Shown here one piece after another: positions 8,676-18,939 of a DNA stretch of 64,000 nucleotides (position 1 is its first letter; the number at the start of each line of letters is the position of its first letter). The position numbers and the translations under genes are program-made. This stretch comes from a virus, in IMG/VR virus record IMGVR_UViG_3300030329_006380, positions 64,001-128,000 of that record, one strand, 5' to 3'. The notes below the pieces were generated by a model. The model was not told the origin of the DNA. It was given only the letters and a program-made list of their open reading frames with translations, and did no database searches.

Positions 8676-9877
8676 TATATATCCAGTTTGAGTTTAAAGG
8701 TGTAAGAGTCGGCCTCTTTCTTCCGTACCGGATTGGCCAACTTCGCAATTGCAATTAAGTTTTTATTCTCATCATATATGCCGATTTTTGATATAAATGT
8801 TTGCTTGAGAAAACTAGCTGTTGGGTCCGGATAAGAACTACTAACAGTATTCTTAAATAAGACCTCTGGGTCTCGATAATAAGTGGTATCATAGTCCGCA
8901 GAAGCTGTCCTGTGTTCATAATCAATATAGGTGGGATTAGCAGAATAATTCAAATGCATCTTTGGAGCATGCGCATACGCAGTCATCGTACTAACATAAT
9001 TACTGCCAGAAAAAGACAAACTAAAACTCGAACTGGGGAGCTTTGTCGATGTTGCACTAGTCGTTTTTGATCCAGTGGCAGCAAAATATATCCATGCGGG
9101 GTTCTTTGCAGTGGCACCTGGTTTATAGTTCTCCCAAGTCAGCGAGGTTAACCTTGCGCTGCCAGTTAATATAAAAAATCCCTCTTTGTATAGCGCTATG
9201 CCGGCGACACTGCCCGATTCAACGCTTCCTACCGGACCAGTCTGTATTAACTCTCCATTTTTATTTAAATCCTGTAGGCGGCTAATCAAAGTTCCAGTTA
9301 CAAAGAATTGTAAATCTATCGTCCCGCGCTTAATTGAAGACCCATAGAATATACTGGGTATGCTTATAAGATTTACGGCTGCACTGGCGAAGTCCCGCGC
9401 ATGCGGGTGGCCATCTGAAGATGAAAAAGCGTAGTGCATGCTGTTTTTCGTATAGTAGTCTAGGACATTCTTAAGGGCAGTAACGTGGGGGCGCGTGAGG
9501 TCGTCTTCTGCAAAAAACTCACGCGATATACTAGCTGTCATAGGATAATGAAATTTTTGTATGTCGGCCCAATCGTTAGTGGCGAAGGTACCAGTAGAAA
9601 CAGTTCGAAATGAATTCCTAGATGAGTGTTTTTCTAGAAATGCATATGGCATGCAATCAGCCGGTCGGTCGACAACCATTTCATACAAGCTTATACCCGG
9701 ATGGCCATAAGCTATATCTGCACCGGTCATATGTAACACAGCATTATCAAAAGAGCCGGCTCGGTATGGTCTATGGTTATAATATATACTGCCGCTATAT
9801 ATAAAAAAATTAACGCTAGGATAGGTTTTTATTCTATTAACAAGAATATCATTTTCTTTAAATTTATAATAAGGCAT
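8675..9877 (-). CDS. Virion structural protein (paralog of 9884..11020)
   Basis: Shares IKRGT, LNYSANPTY and C-terminal FISKIGIYDENKNLIAIAKLANPVRKK with its neighbour; lies in the tail/baseplate gene block. Confidence 0.6.
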   Translation of the reverse strand: MPYYKFKENDILVNRIKTYPSVNFFIYSGSIYYNHRPYRAGSFDNAVLHMTGADIAYGHPGISLYEMVVDRPADCMPYAFLEKHSSRNSFRTVSTGTFATNDWADIQKFHYPMTASISREFFAEDDLTRPHVTALKNVLDYYTKNSMHYAFSSSDGHPHARDFASAAVNLISIPSIFYGSSIKRGTIDLQFFVTGTLISRLQDLNKNGELIQTGPVGSVESGSVAGIALYKEGFFILTGSARLTSLTWENYKPGATAKNPAWIYFAATGSKTTSATSTKLPSSSFSLSFSGSNYVSTMTAYAHAPKMHLNYSANPTYIDYEHRTASADYDTTYYRDPEVLFKNTVSSSYPDPTASFLKQTFISKIGIYDENKNLIAIAKLANPVRKKEADSYTFKLKLDI

Positions 9878-9883
9878 AGCATA

Positions 9884-11020
9884 TCAGTAATCTAATCTAA
9901 CCCGTAGAGTTAATTCATTTTCTGGTGTTTTCTTGATTGGCTCGCTTAATTTAGCAACTGCTAAAAGCTCATTGTCTTCTGAATAAAGCCCAACTGTGGT
10001 GATATAAGTAACAGGAGGATCTGTTGATTGCTCCTTGACTCTTATTTGACTTCCGGTAAGATATGTTGGGTTTGAACTATAATTAAAATCATTGTGATTG
10101 GCTCGACAGAAATATATTGCTGAATTTAGCTCTGTTGTGTTATTAAACTGAAGATTGTAAATTCTGGCTCTAACACCATTAGCAACAGTGTCAATAGTCG
10201 AAGCCGTAATGTGGTTAAAGCCGCTAGCGCCTAGGGACAGATTCATAATAGTAGTGCCGGCATCAGCGTTGTGTAAAAGGCCGCCGTCAGCCTCATCATT
10301 AAAAATGGACCCAGAGATAACTGCGATGCCGGCCTGATAATATATCAAACCAACCGCATGATATGCGTCTGTTTTAAGGGCATTTTTCTGTGCAACACTA
10401 GAGGTTGCGTAAAGCACTCCATACTCGCCAGCGGGTGAATTTTTGAAGTAGCCGTCTGATCCACTATAATCAGTAATTTTTACCCTTTGAGCGTTGTCAA
10501 AAAGATCCCCATCATAATCAAAAGCAGACGTTAAACCTAGTTCTAATTCAAATGTGCCTTTTTTAATTTCATCTTTAGTTAGTAAACGAGAGAAGTTTAA
10601 GAAAAACACATCGTCCATTTTGTTGGCCTCATCACCAACTCCCGGCGAGGATCCATCCATATCAAAGCGTCCAACACTGCCAGTTAAATCGTATCCAACC
10701 AATATTTGTGCCATCTGGTTGTAGATATTAATTTTTTTAGCCTGCTGGCTAGTTGTAGACCCTGAAATCCGTGAATTAGATGAAATACCACATGTAATAT
10801 CAAATATATGATTAGCCGAAGAACTTAAATACGGATAATCATAAACGGACTGAAATTGTCCATGTGAAAAAGTTTTAATGTGTCTCTCACTCCCCAAAGC
10901 AGCATATGGATCACTACCATAAGTACCCGATATGATTGATCCTGTAATTGGGATCGCTTCGTGTAAAAGAGTCCTTGAGTCGATAACATCATTATTGGTT
11001 AACATCTTAAAAGTAGACAT
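9884..11020 (-). CDS. Virion structural protein (paralog of 8675..9877)
   Basis: IKKGT, FNYSSNPTY and YITTVGLYSEDNELLAVAKLSEPIKK. Confidence 0.6.
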   Translation of the reverse strand: MSTFKMLTNNDVIDSRTLLHEAIPITGSIISGTYGSDPYAALGSERHIKTFSHGQFQSVYDYPYLSSSANHIFDITCGISSNSRISGSTTSQQAKKINIYNQMAQILVGYDLTGSVGRFDMDGSSPGVGDEANKMDDVFFLNFSRLLTKDEIKKGTFELELGLTSAFDYDGDLFDNAQRVKITDYSGSDGYFKNSPAGEYGVLYATSSVAQKNALKTDAYHAVGLIYYQAGIAVISGSIFNDEADGGLLHNADAGTTIMNLSLGASGFNHITASTIDTVANGVRARIYNLQFNNTTELNSAIYFCRANHNDFNYSSNPTYLTGSQIRVKEQSTDPPVTYITTVGLYSEDNELLAVAKLSEPIKKTPENELTLRVRLDY

Positions 11021-11046
11021 ATTTTTTCCTCTAAACTATTGTCTTT

Positions 11047-12009
11047 TTAAGCTAGCTTAAAAAATCGTATTGGCAGATCTATTCTTTGACCGGTTACTGC
11101 TCCAGTTACCCGAATAACAGTATCGATTACCTTGCAACTTGTGTCTCCTGCGCCCATCTTAGCCGTTTTGCCTATTTTGTTAAATAAAACATTGCTATCT
11201 GCTAAATCCGGGTGAGATCTAATTTTAAATTTTAATCTAGTCCCTTTACGGCCAGTGATTGGGCTCTTTCCTCCCTCATCTGCCTCGGGGACAACGCCGA
11301 CAAAATTTCCGGCTGTTTTATTACTGATAAAGTATGTAGCGATTTTATCATCATCAACAAATGATGGTTCCGGCGAAGTTGTGTTTCCATCGCCATCTTG
11401 CTGTGGGCCGACAATCGATCCCAGCCGGTCATCGATTTCTATTAAATACGCAGAATCAATAAGCGAGTGGGGGAGTTGGCCAACATTTTCCACAGTATCA
11501 ACCAAGCCTTGATCGATCATAATATGAGTTGTTGAGTTCTTCGGTCGAACGCCATCCAGTACACCAGTTGAAGCTGGGGCCGCAGCATTTGCTGTTGTTT
11601 GTGTTCTTGTGGCTTCATTAACCGCAACACCAAATATATTATTACCAGATGGGCCGCCAACAGTTGCTAAAGATCCACCAGCCATTCGTTGATTTGGTGC
11701 CTCTTCCTCATTCAACCTGAGAACCGGAAGGTACAGAATTTGTCGATTATTAATCGTCATTAATTTATGTTTCAGTGAGGCCCGATTATCTGTGAATGCT
11801 TCCAGCACCGGTGTCTGCATAATATCTAGATCGTAATAAGCTGAGCCGCTCGAATGATTTCTGTTATATGTGGTATAATCAATCTCGTCATCCGAAAGTG
11901 CAAAATATTTTATACGAAAAGAGCCATCGCCCTTTGCGAGCCTCATTCTACCAGTATCAGTCAACACTGCATCCAGAATGATATCGCCTGAGTTATCTAA
12001 AAAAGCCAT
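11047..12009 (-). CDS. Virion structural protein (N-terminus shared with 18939..20036)
   Basis: MAFLDNSGDIILDAVLTDTGRMRLAKGDGSFRIKYFALSDDEIDY; AGGAG RBS. Confidence 0.6.
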   Translation of the reverse strand: MAFLDNSGDIILDAVLTDTGRMRLAKGDGSFRIKYFALSDDEIDYTTYNRNHSSGSAYYDLDIMQTPVLEAFTDNRASLKHKLMTINNRQILYLPVLRLNEEEAPNQRMAGGSLATVGGPSGNNIFGVAVNEATRTQTTANAAAPASTGVLDGVRPKNSTTHIMIDQGLVDTVENVGQLPHSLIDSAYLIEIDDRLGSIVGPQQDGDGNTTSPEPSFVDDDKIATYFISNKTAGNFVGVVPEADEGGKSPITGRKGTRLKFKIRSHPDLADSNVLFNKIGKTAKMGAGDTSCKVIDTVIRVTGAVTGQRIDLPIRFFKLA

Positions 12010-12023
12010 GTCTTTCTCCTTAA

Positions 12024-12050
12024 TATAAGTAGTTTTTCTATATAATTAGT
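12024..12050 (-). promoter_or_regulatory. Putative late promoter: tandem ACTAATTATA / ACTACTTATA
   Basis: Two near-identical 10-mers in the 67-nt intergenic gap upstream of the AGGAG RBS of 11047..12009. Confidence 0.45.
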
Positions 12051-12076
12051 CATAAAAACCTTATATTTCTTATTTA

Positions 12077-15000
12077 TCAGCGAATAATATCTGAAACAGG
12101 GGACTCTGCTGAAGTAGCCCTTCCTCTCATTCGCGCCTCCAGTTCTTCTAAGTTCACTTGTGGATCTTCGTAGCATGTCTCTTGTTGCACCGTTGGCTTG
12201 TGTATGTGCTTAAACTTAACATTAAAGTCTATTTTACGCCCTGTTGACTTAGATGTCAACCTAATTTTAAATTTTTGTCCATCCCAAATCGAATGATCAC
12301 TGTCTCCCATCGTAACTGGTATCGAAGATAGCTGGTCTGTTAAATTATCATATCTAGTACCATCATCAATTTGTGCTTGAATGTCTAAAACTGCGTTTAA
12401 AGTTTCTTCACGAGCTTGCGTTTGATTGACCGACGGTGAAATATATATATATTTTCTGGCCGGTTTTATATAATTTACTTCTTCAATCGGGAATTCAATG
12501 ATATCAATCCTAGGAAATACACCGCCATTGGTGTCAATTAATTCCACTTCAAAAACCGGAGATGGGTTTGATAAGTGACCATGCACGTCCTTAGACCTAA
12601 ACATATAATAATATTTTATATTTGGTCGAATTGTTTCATCTAAAAAGTCTATAGTAGAGGCTTTGAGATCACAAAGTCTTTGATGGTGATCAACTTCGAT
12701 TGTTGTGGCAACCTCTGCTATCATATTATCTTTAAAATCAATATATGCTGACGGTCTAGATGTCATCCTATAGACAAAAAATGACTCAATCCTGTCATCG
12801 CTGCGAAACATTATCGGAGAATCTTCAGGAAGCTCCTGTGCTTGTCTCACCGAGTCATACATGGCTTTTTCTATATCATTGAATGCTATGGGGTGTTGTA
12901 CTAATTTTCCGGGATTGTCACGTAAGAAAAAAGTCAACTTATCGGATCTTCCACGATGAGGTAATACCTCAACAACGGGCTGACAAGGTGGACTATCCAT
13001 TATAATGTTTTCAAATTCATGAAATGGAACTTCAACCATCTTTAAACAGGGTTCATAATGCACTTTGAATCTATAAGGATTAGTTAGATGTCTGGCATAT
13101 TGATATTGTGTCCCATATACAACTTGATAAGCGTATACTTTATATCGATACTTTTCTCCATACTTAACTTGAGTATCTAACCACTGCAGTACCTCTATTC
13201 TATTTGAATTAATTAAATAAAAATCTTGTATTTTTTCTTCTTTTTCTTCGCCGGCGACGCTAACTAGGGCATGCTTCTCTATCCTATAGAACATAGTCTC
13301 AGACTTGGCTTTCTTTCCGGCCATTATTTCTCGCCATGTTCTATTATATTGTTTCATCGAGCTTTTAATTTTTGCATTCATTAGAAATGAAAAAAGTTTT
13401 TGTTTAATTAAAGAGCCGGTTCTCAAAGAAGTGCTTGAATAAAACCAACTGCTGCCGCGGCTCAACTTAGAAAAGCCAAGATAAGTTATAATATCATCAC
13501 TTACAAAATCATAGGTGTTGGTGCCCCTTTCTTTAAAAAGTTGCAGCCAATTATTGAGATCCCACACCCTTAACATTTGTTTTAGGTTTTGAGTGCCCAA
13601 GTCGGATGTAAGACTAGAAGTATTTATACCGGACTCTTGGCCTTGTACTATTTTATTATAAGCGCGCCATGTAAGAATATCTGTCTGGAGTACTGGTCTT
13701 CCGTCAATTATTCCTCTTTGCCGCTCGGATCTATTGCCCCTATCTTCTGCTTCAGGGATTCCCTGAATTATCTCCTTGATCAAGGGAACATCATAATCAA
13801 ATTGAGTGAAACTACTCACTAAATCCGATTGATTAATCGGCGGAGTTTTAAAGTTAATTTCCAAAAACATAGGAAAATCATGTTTCTTCTGTAAACTAGC
13901 ATTATTAACATGATTGGATGTGGATAGAAAATCAACTTCTCCCGAAAGCATAACCATGTTTTTTTGTTTTTCCTTAAGAGACTCTAAAGGTTCATCGTCC
14001 TCCGGATAAAAAAGCGAAAAAGCATCAAAAAGATTAATACCAAGTTTTAATTCCGGCCCTGTACCTGTTTGCTTAATTAAAAAATTACTATCCATTATCT
14101 TGTTCAATGAAATTAGATTGTAAAGATCGGAGACTATTGGGGCCCAAAGATTGTCCCTCTTTACGCGTTCTATGAATGATAGCCAAACATAAAGGTTTGG
14201 TAGGGCGCGTTCTGGTATTGCTAGGTCTGAGATTCTATTTTCATATCTTCGAATATAATAATTATAGCGGCTAAAGGAATTAAAAACAAGCACATTTTTT
14301 AAATCCGGAAAGTCTTTAACAAAACGATCAGAAAATGGTAGGCTTATTTGAAACGTAGTATCGTAGTATATTTTATTTGGATTATTCGGTATTGTCGGTC
14401 TAAAATTATTTTCAAAGCCTCCTATACAATATTTTTCAAACAACCCCATGTCACCATTGAAATATTGCTGCAGTCCTTCTTGTGTGGGTTGTATGTTCAT
14501 CCTCTCAGTATCAGCCAGATCGGCAAAGGGCGTCGATGGCCAATTATCAATATCAACATAGTTTTCTGTCTCAGCCTCAGGATCCTGACTCACATACCCT
14601 ACACTAAAAACCCGTGGGACTGCCAAATCGAAACCGGTGCGTGTTCTGCGAATAGCACTTAGATCGTCCATCCACATTAATTTATTATCTTGATATATCC
14701 ACCCTTTCCTAGCCCTAAATCTAAAAATGTCCTCCATACTTGTCGTATCTAGGTGAGGATTCGTAGAGATCTGGCTCCACGGAATAGCACTAACTTGCCC
14801 TCCGGGAGCTTTATCGTCACTAACTCCGCCTGGTATCAGACCTGCCGTAAAAACCTCGGGCCATGGCTGATAAAGGCCAACATTTAAGGGGATCTGTCTC
14901 TCCTCTCCTATAGCAAATTCGCCATTGAATATTGCACTATCAATAAAAAGTGCATCTTGAGCGATGGATGTCGCCTCTGGTGAAAAACGTAATTCCGCAT

Positions 15001-15118
15001 CTTCTACCAATACCGGGTCTGGCTCAACAGGAGCGGGTTCCGGAGGAAGCTCGGGCTCAGAAATCTCCGGAGGACATACCAAGGCTCTCAATCTTTGTAA
15101 AAATTCACTCTCTGCCAT
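12077..15118 (-). CDS. Large hypothetical, probably virion protein (1013 aa) with FnIII/Ig-like C-terminal segments
   Basis: 'WLDTQVKYGEKYRYKVYAY' and 'FLDETIRPNIKYYYMFRSKD' are fibronectin-III-like strand patterns. GAGGTG RBS. Confidence 0.5.
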   Translation of the reverse strand: MAESEFLQRLRALVCPPEISEPELPPEPAPVEPDPVLVEDAELRFSPEATSIAQDALFIDSAIFNGEFAIGEERQIPLNVGLYQPWPEVFTAGLIPGGVSDDKAPGGQVSAIPWSQISTNPHLDTTSMEDIFRFRARKGWIYQDNKLMWMDDLSAIRRTRTGFDLAVPRVFSVGYVSQDPEAETENYVDIDNWPSTPFADLADTERMNIQPTQEGLQQYFNGDMGLFEKYCIGGFENNFRPTIPNNPNKIYYDTTFQISLPFSDRFVKDFPDLKNVLVFNSFSRYNYYIRRYENRISDLAIPERALPNLYVWLSFIERVKRDNLWAPIVSDLYNLISLNKIMDSNFLIKQTGTGPELKLGINLFDAFSLFYPEDDEPLESLKEKQKNMVMLSGEVDFLSTSNHVNNASLQKKHDFPMFLEINFKTPPINQSDLVSSFTQFDYDVPLIKEIIQGIPEAEDRGNRSERQRGIIDGRPVLQTDILTWRAYNKIVQGQESGINTSSLTSDLGTQNLKQMLRVWDLNNWLQLFKERGTNTYDFVSDDIITYLGFSKLSRGSSWFYSSTSLRTGSLIKQKLFSFLMNAKIKSSMKQYNRTWREIMAGKKAKSETMFYRIEKHALVSVAGEEKEEKIQDFYLINSNRIEVLQWLDTQVKYGEKYRYKVYAYQVVYGTQYQYARHLTNPYRFKVHYEPCLKMVEVPFHEFENIIMDSPPCQPVVEVLPHRGRSDKLTFFLRDNPGKLVQHPIAFNDIEKAMYDSVRQAQELPEDSPIMFRSDDRIESFFVYRMTSRPSAYIDFKDNMIAEVATTIEVDHHQRLCDLKASTIDFLDETIRPNIKYYYMFRSKDVHGHLSNPSPVFEVELIDTNGGVFPRIDIIEFPIEEVNYIKPARKYIYISPSVNQTQAREETLNAVLDIQAQIDDGTRYDNLTDQLSSIPVTMGDSDHSIWDGQKFKIRLTSKSTGRKIDFNVKFKHIHKPTVQQETCYEDPQVNLEELEARMRGRATSAESPVSDIIR

Positions 15119-15135
15119 CCGTTCACCTCTTCTTC

Positions 15136-18100
15136 CTAGTAATCACTAGCACCGCCTGTTGCTGGGCCCGTCATATATGTTGATGTGTTGGTGGCTCGGG
15201 GGCCGACGCCAGTGTTAGTTATAGTTCGTTGCACCGTAGCTTGGGGTGCTGCCGTCTGTGTTGTGACGCTGTTTAAGTTATCCCTCAGAAATGCTCCTTC
15301 GATTGCTGATCCATGAACTTCGTATTTTCTAGACACACTAGCATTCCTAGAAATAATCGCTTCCGCCTTAAGTCCAGAGAGTGGCTTAGGTGGTCTAAAC
15401 GTAGATGGGCGGAGAATAAAGTATTTATTATAAATAGGCATCTGTAGTTTGCTCGAAGAGTTGACACCAAACTCCGGCAACTCGTAGGGCACTAATCTAC
15501 AAATAAACTCCTGATCGCTATTTGTTATCTGTTCCATCCATCTGGAAGTGATAGGCACCCAAATAGGGCGACTAATTGATTTCCCCATGTATCCGGATAA
15601 TACCTCTACTCTAACTAGAGTTTGGTGTTTGAAATAAACCTCCAGTAGATCCTTGGTGTTGTTTTTAGCGTCCTTGGAGCCATTAAAATAATTAGCACTA
15701 CTATTCAGTGCATCAGTTTTGTTTTGTGCGCTTAGTATTAACGACTTGATTTGGTTTGGGAGATTCTGCACCTTACTAGTCAACAGGTTTTTTCTTTCTG
15801 ATTCTGTTGGGGCGCGGATGCCCGATTCTAAATCGGTCAAACCCTTGACTGGGCTAAATGTTCTGAAGGAATCCAGCGGCCGAACACTGGATCTAGATGA
15901 AGAATCTTCCATCTGTTGCTTAGTATGAAAAATACTAGATTGTGCTAGATTAGCCAAGACTTCTGGCATAAAATTATTAGCATCGTCTTCATTATGAATA
16001 TCACCCAGTGCACTATCTAGCATGATTACCGGCAACTCTAGAGTTGTTTCTTTTGGCGTTGAAAAACAAGTACCAAAACTGGTGTTAAAAAAATCTTCTA
16101 CATTAGCCGCAACTGTTGCAACGTTAGTGGCTGCCCTAGAGTTGCGCCATGGTGCGCGAGATTGACGCTGATTTAATATCGTTACATTAACATTCGATTC
16201 ATTTGCCAAGTGACCTGCCATGGAATCTGCCGCCATAATCTCTTCTCTTTGGGTGTCAGTAATTATCATCTTTTTATTGGACGGCACATTAGAGAGTTTC
16301 GGCGCCGTTCGCGGGATTGATGATAAAGAATTAGATGGCTGCGCAGATAAAATATCAGCAACAGCAGAAATACTAGCATTATTTTTAAAATTATCAACAG
16401 AAAAAGCTCTATTGGGGCTAGATCCGGGAGTTCTTATAATATTCGGTGATAAATAAGTATACCTTGTTCTTTCTGTGGAGTCCTCACCGTCGACACCATC
16501 AATTGAAAATGTTGTATCTGGTTTGAAATCCCTAGCAACCTCTTGTCGTGTCCTGTTGATATAATCTGCTGCAGTGAAAGCTGTGAGGCCCATACTAGTA
16601 TTGCTAATTTGTCCGCCTTCGCGTTCGCGTTGATTCGCCATCTCGGTCGCTTGGCCTTTAAAGCTTTCAACCGGAGCCGTCGATAAGAATTCCAATCCAG
16701 GAGACATAGTTTCTAAAATAGAAGTCACGTCGTTATTAAAATATTTTTTTAACTTAAAGGATCTAATGGAATGGTTCTTTAAACGAGTAGTTCCCGATGC
16801 ACCAGTTACTTCATCTGGCTCATGAGAAACCTTTGATTTTACATTGACTCCTATAGCACTCTCTATAATTTCTATAATTTGGTCAGTCATCTCTAAAACA
16901 TCCAATATCCCATCGGGACTTCCAGAGCTATAGTGCACTGCATAAAACATCAATTCAATTCCGTTGGAGCCAGCAGAAAGAAAGCTCTCTAAAGTTTGGC
17001 CCGTTATGACATTAAAATACGCAGCCATGGATGTTATAGCTTCTTTTGCTAATTCGTTATAGCGCTGAAATTCTGCTAACTGATGACCGGAAGAATTAAA
17101 TCGATTTGTTTTACGGTTATAGTTCCCCCTCATAATCGAAAATTTATAATAAGCTGATAAAGATGCTCGGTGATTTTTAAGTTTGCTATAAATTTCCTGT
17201 AAATATCTAACCGATCCGTCTTCAATCTCCACCTCTACAGCATATTGGTAATTCCCATATCCCTTCTCTTTTAGTTCACCATCCACTCCAGTATATGTAT
17301 AAATTCCCGAATTTGGGTTCCAGTTAACCTTACGAATGATGTTTTTAGAAAAGGAGCCCGATGGAACATGAACATTCATCGATGCATCTGACAATAATCT
17401 AACCACAATATCTTCTTTCGGGTTGTTTCTATCAAAAGGAGTAAGGCCAGACTCTCCAAAAAGATTAATTGAGTCTCTAGCCTCTAGAGTCCTTTGAGAG
17501 TCATTCCTACCTCTCAATATTGCCGGCGCCTCTTTTACCCGCCGGCGAATCACATCGATCTTTTTAATTTTGAAATACTCTTCAATATCTCCGGGCACCC
17601 GAGACAGTACTTCCGGAAAAATACATTTGTCTTTTGCGGCAGTAATATAATCAAACTGAAACATAAACATGTGATTATCATAATGATCGTTCGAGAGCCA
17701 AATATCAGAGAAATATGATTTCTCCTTGCTCCATTTATAATAATTCTTCCCTTTTGTCACTCTACGCATCATCGAGTCATGCATCGATTTAAAAGCGGGG
17801 AAACGAAGTGAAATATTATTGCTGTATTTCTTAAACTTCTGAGATGCTCTTCTATCTTGTACCCTTGTATCGAAAACATCAACTGCATATAAAAACCTTG
17901 AAGAATTACTGTGGCTTTGACCCGTCATCCAAGATCCATTTTCCATTTGATGCGCTGGTCCAGTATAAACTGATTCCGAACTAAGAGATGCTTCACTGAA
18001 TAACGCTACGGATTTAGTATTTAACTTTTTATCATGAAAAACCGTTTTTGTTATGACTTGACTAGCCATTGAAGCTAACTCAAGAATTATGCTGGTGTTT

Positions 18101-18939
18101 TCGTTGGCGGCATCAAAAAGAGGGGGGTCATCAATCTCAGACATCAAGCCTGCATCTCTCATTAAGGAATTAACATCTAGGTAAGAAATAACAAAATAAG
18201 TTAAATGATTCGGAGTAAAAGCTGGAAGAGTTGTGTCCGTTGTCATTACCCTCTCTCGATCCTCTGGCTTAGCCAGCGAATAGGACACATCTGGGTCATG
18301 AGCATCGTCAAAGTTGAGTCTAAATCTATAACTGTAGACAGATTCCGATCCCGGCCCAGAAACCTGCATTATGTTCTCTTCTATATCTTGCATGCTTATA
18401 CTAAATAAATTCATATTGCGTGCGCGGCCAATTTTTAAGTCCTTTGCCCACCCCTCCACTAACTGCTTACTGTACAAAGATTTTTGATAATTATCCCAGT
18501 TAGCTGGAGTATTCAGAGTGCTGACTTTATAGGCGGCCAATTTCTTTATCATATAAGAATAACCAAAGGGAGCGTATTTAAACACATCAGCTTCTTTCCA
18601 TAATTGCGTCATTTCAACATCAGTGCTCTGAATGGCTATAACTTTTATATAATCTTTAAAGGAATTAGGTGGGCCGTTTGGATCTACTTTAACATCACCA
18701 AAGAGACCATGGTGTCTAGAAAAAAAATTATCATGACCAACTTTCTCTTTCACGCATAAATCCAGAGATACAGAAAGTCCAGGATTGGTAGTCAATTCCT
18801 TATTAACTATTTCGGACCACTGTGCGCCGCCCGGATCTTGTGAAGATATTGTTTTCTCCTTAGAACTACGAGAGGTATCCAAAGTGATTTTATCAATATA
18901 AGCTGTCGGGGCGCCATGGCCATGCAATAATTCAGTCAT
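15136..18939 (-). CDS. Large hypothetical, probably virion protein (1267 aa)
   Basis: Uninterrupted ORF coupled to neighbours inside the baseplate block; no diagnostic motif. Confidence 0.5.
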   Translation of the reverse strand: MTELLHGHGAPTAYIDKITLDTSRSSKEKTISSQDPGGAQWSEIVNKELTTNPGLSVSLDLCVKEKVGHDNFFSRHHGLFGDVKVDPNGPPNSFKDYIKVIAIQSTDVEMTQLWKEADVFKYAPFGYSYMIKKLAAYKVSTLNTPANWDNYQKSLYSKQLVEGWAKDLKIGRARNMNLFSISMQDIEENIMQVSGPGSESVYSYRFRLNFDDAHDPDVSYSLAKPEDRERVMTTDTTLPAFTPNHLTYFVISYLDVNSLMRDAGLMSEIDDPPLFDAANENTSIILELASMASQVITKTVFHDKKLNTKSVALFSEASLSSESVYTGPAHQMENGSWMTGQSHSNSSRFLYAVDVFDTRVQDRRASQKFKKYSNNISLRFPAFKSMHDSMMRRVTKGKNYYKWSKEKSYFSDIWLSNDHYDNHMFMFQFDYITAAKDKCIFPEVLSRVPGDIEEYFKIKKIDVIRRRVKEAPAILRGRNDSQRTLEARDSINLFGESGLTPFDRNNPKEDIVVRLLSDASMNVHVPSGSFSKNIIRKVNWNPNSGIYTYTGVDGELKEKGYGNYQYAVEVEIEDGSVRYLQEIYSKLKNHRASLSAYYKFSIMRGNYNRKTNRFNSSGHQLAEFQRYNELAKEAITSMAAYFNVITGQTLESFLSAGSNGIELMFYAVHYSSGSPDGILDVLEMTDQIIEIIESAIGVNVKSKVSHEPDEVTGASGTTRLKNHSIRSFKLKKYFNNDVTSILETMSPGLEFLSTAPVESFKGQATEMANQREREGGQISNTSMGLTAFTAADYINRTRQEVARDFKPDTTFSIDGVDGEDSTERTRYTYLSPNIIRTPGSSPNRAFSVDNFKNNASISAVADILSAQPSNSLSSIPRTAPKLSNVPSNKKMIITDTQREEIMAADSMAGHLANESNVNVTILNQRQSRAPWRNSRAATNVATVAANVEDFFNTSFGTCFSTPKETTLELPVIMLDSALGDIHNEDDANNFMPEVLANLAQSSIFHTKQQMEDSSSRSSVRPLDSFRTFSPVKGLTDLESGIRAPTESERKNLLTSKVQNLPNQIKSLILSAQNKTDALNSSANYFNGSKDAKNNTKDLLEVYFKHQTLVRVEVLSGYMGKSISRPIWVPITSRWMEQITNSDQEFICRLVPYELPEFGVNSSSKLQMPIYNKYFILRPSTFRPPKPLSGLKAEAIISRNASVSRKYEVHGSAIEGAFLRDNLNSVTTQTAAPQATVQRTITNTGVGPRATNTSTYMTGPATGGASDY

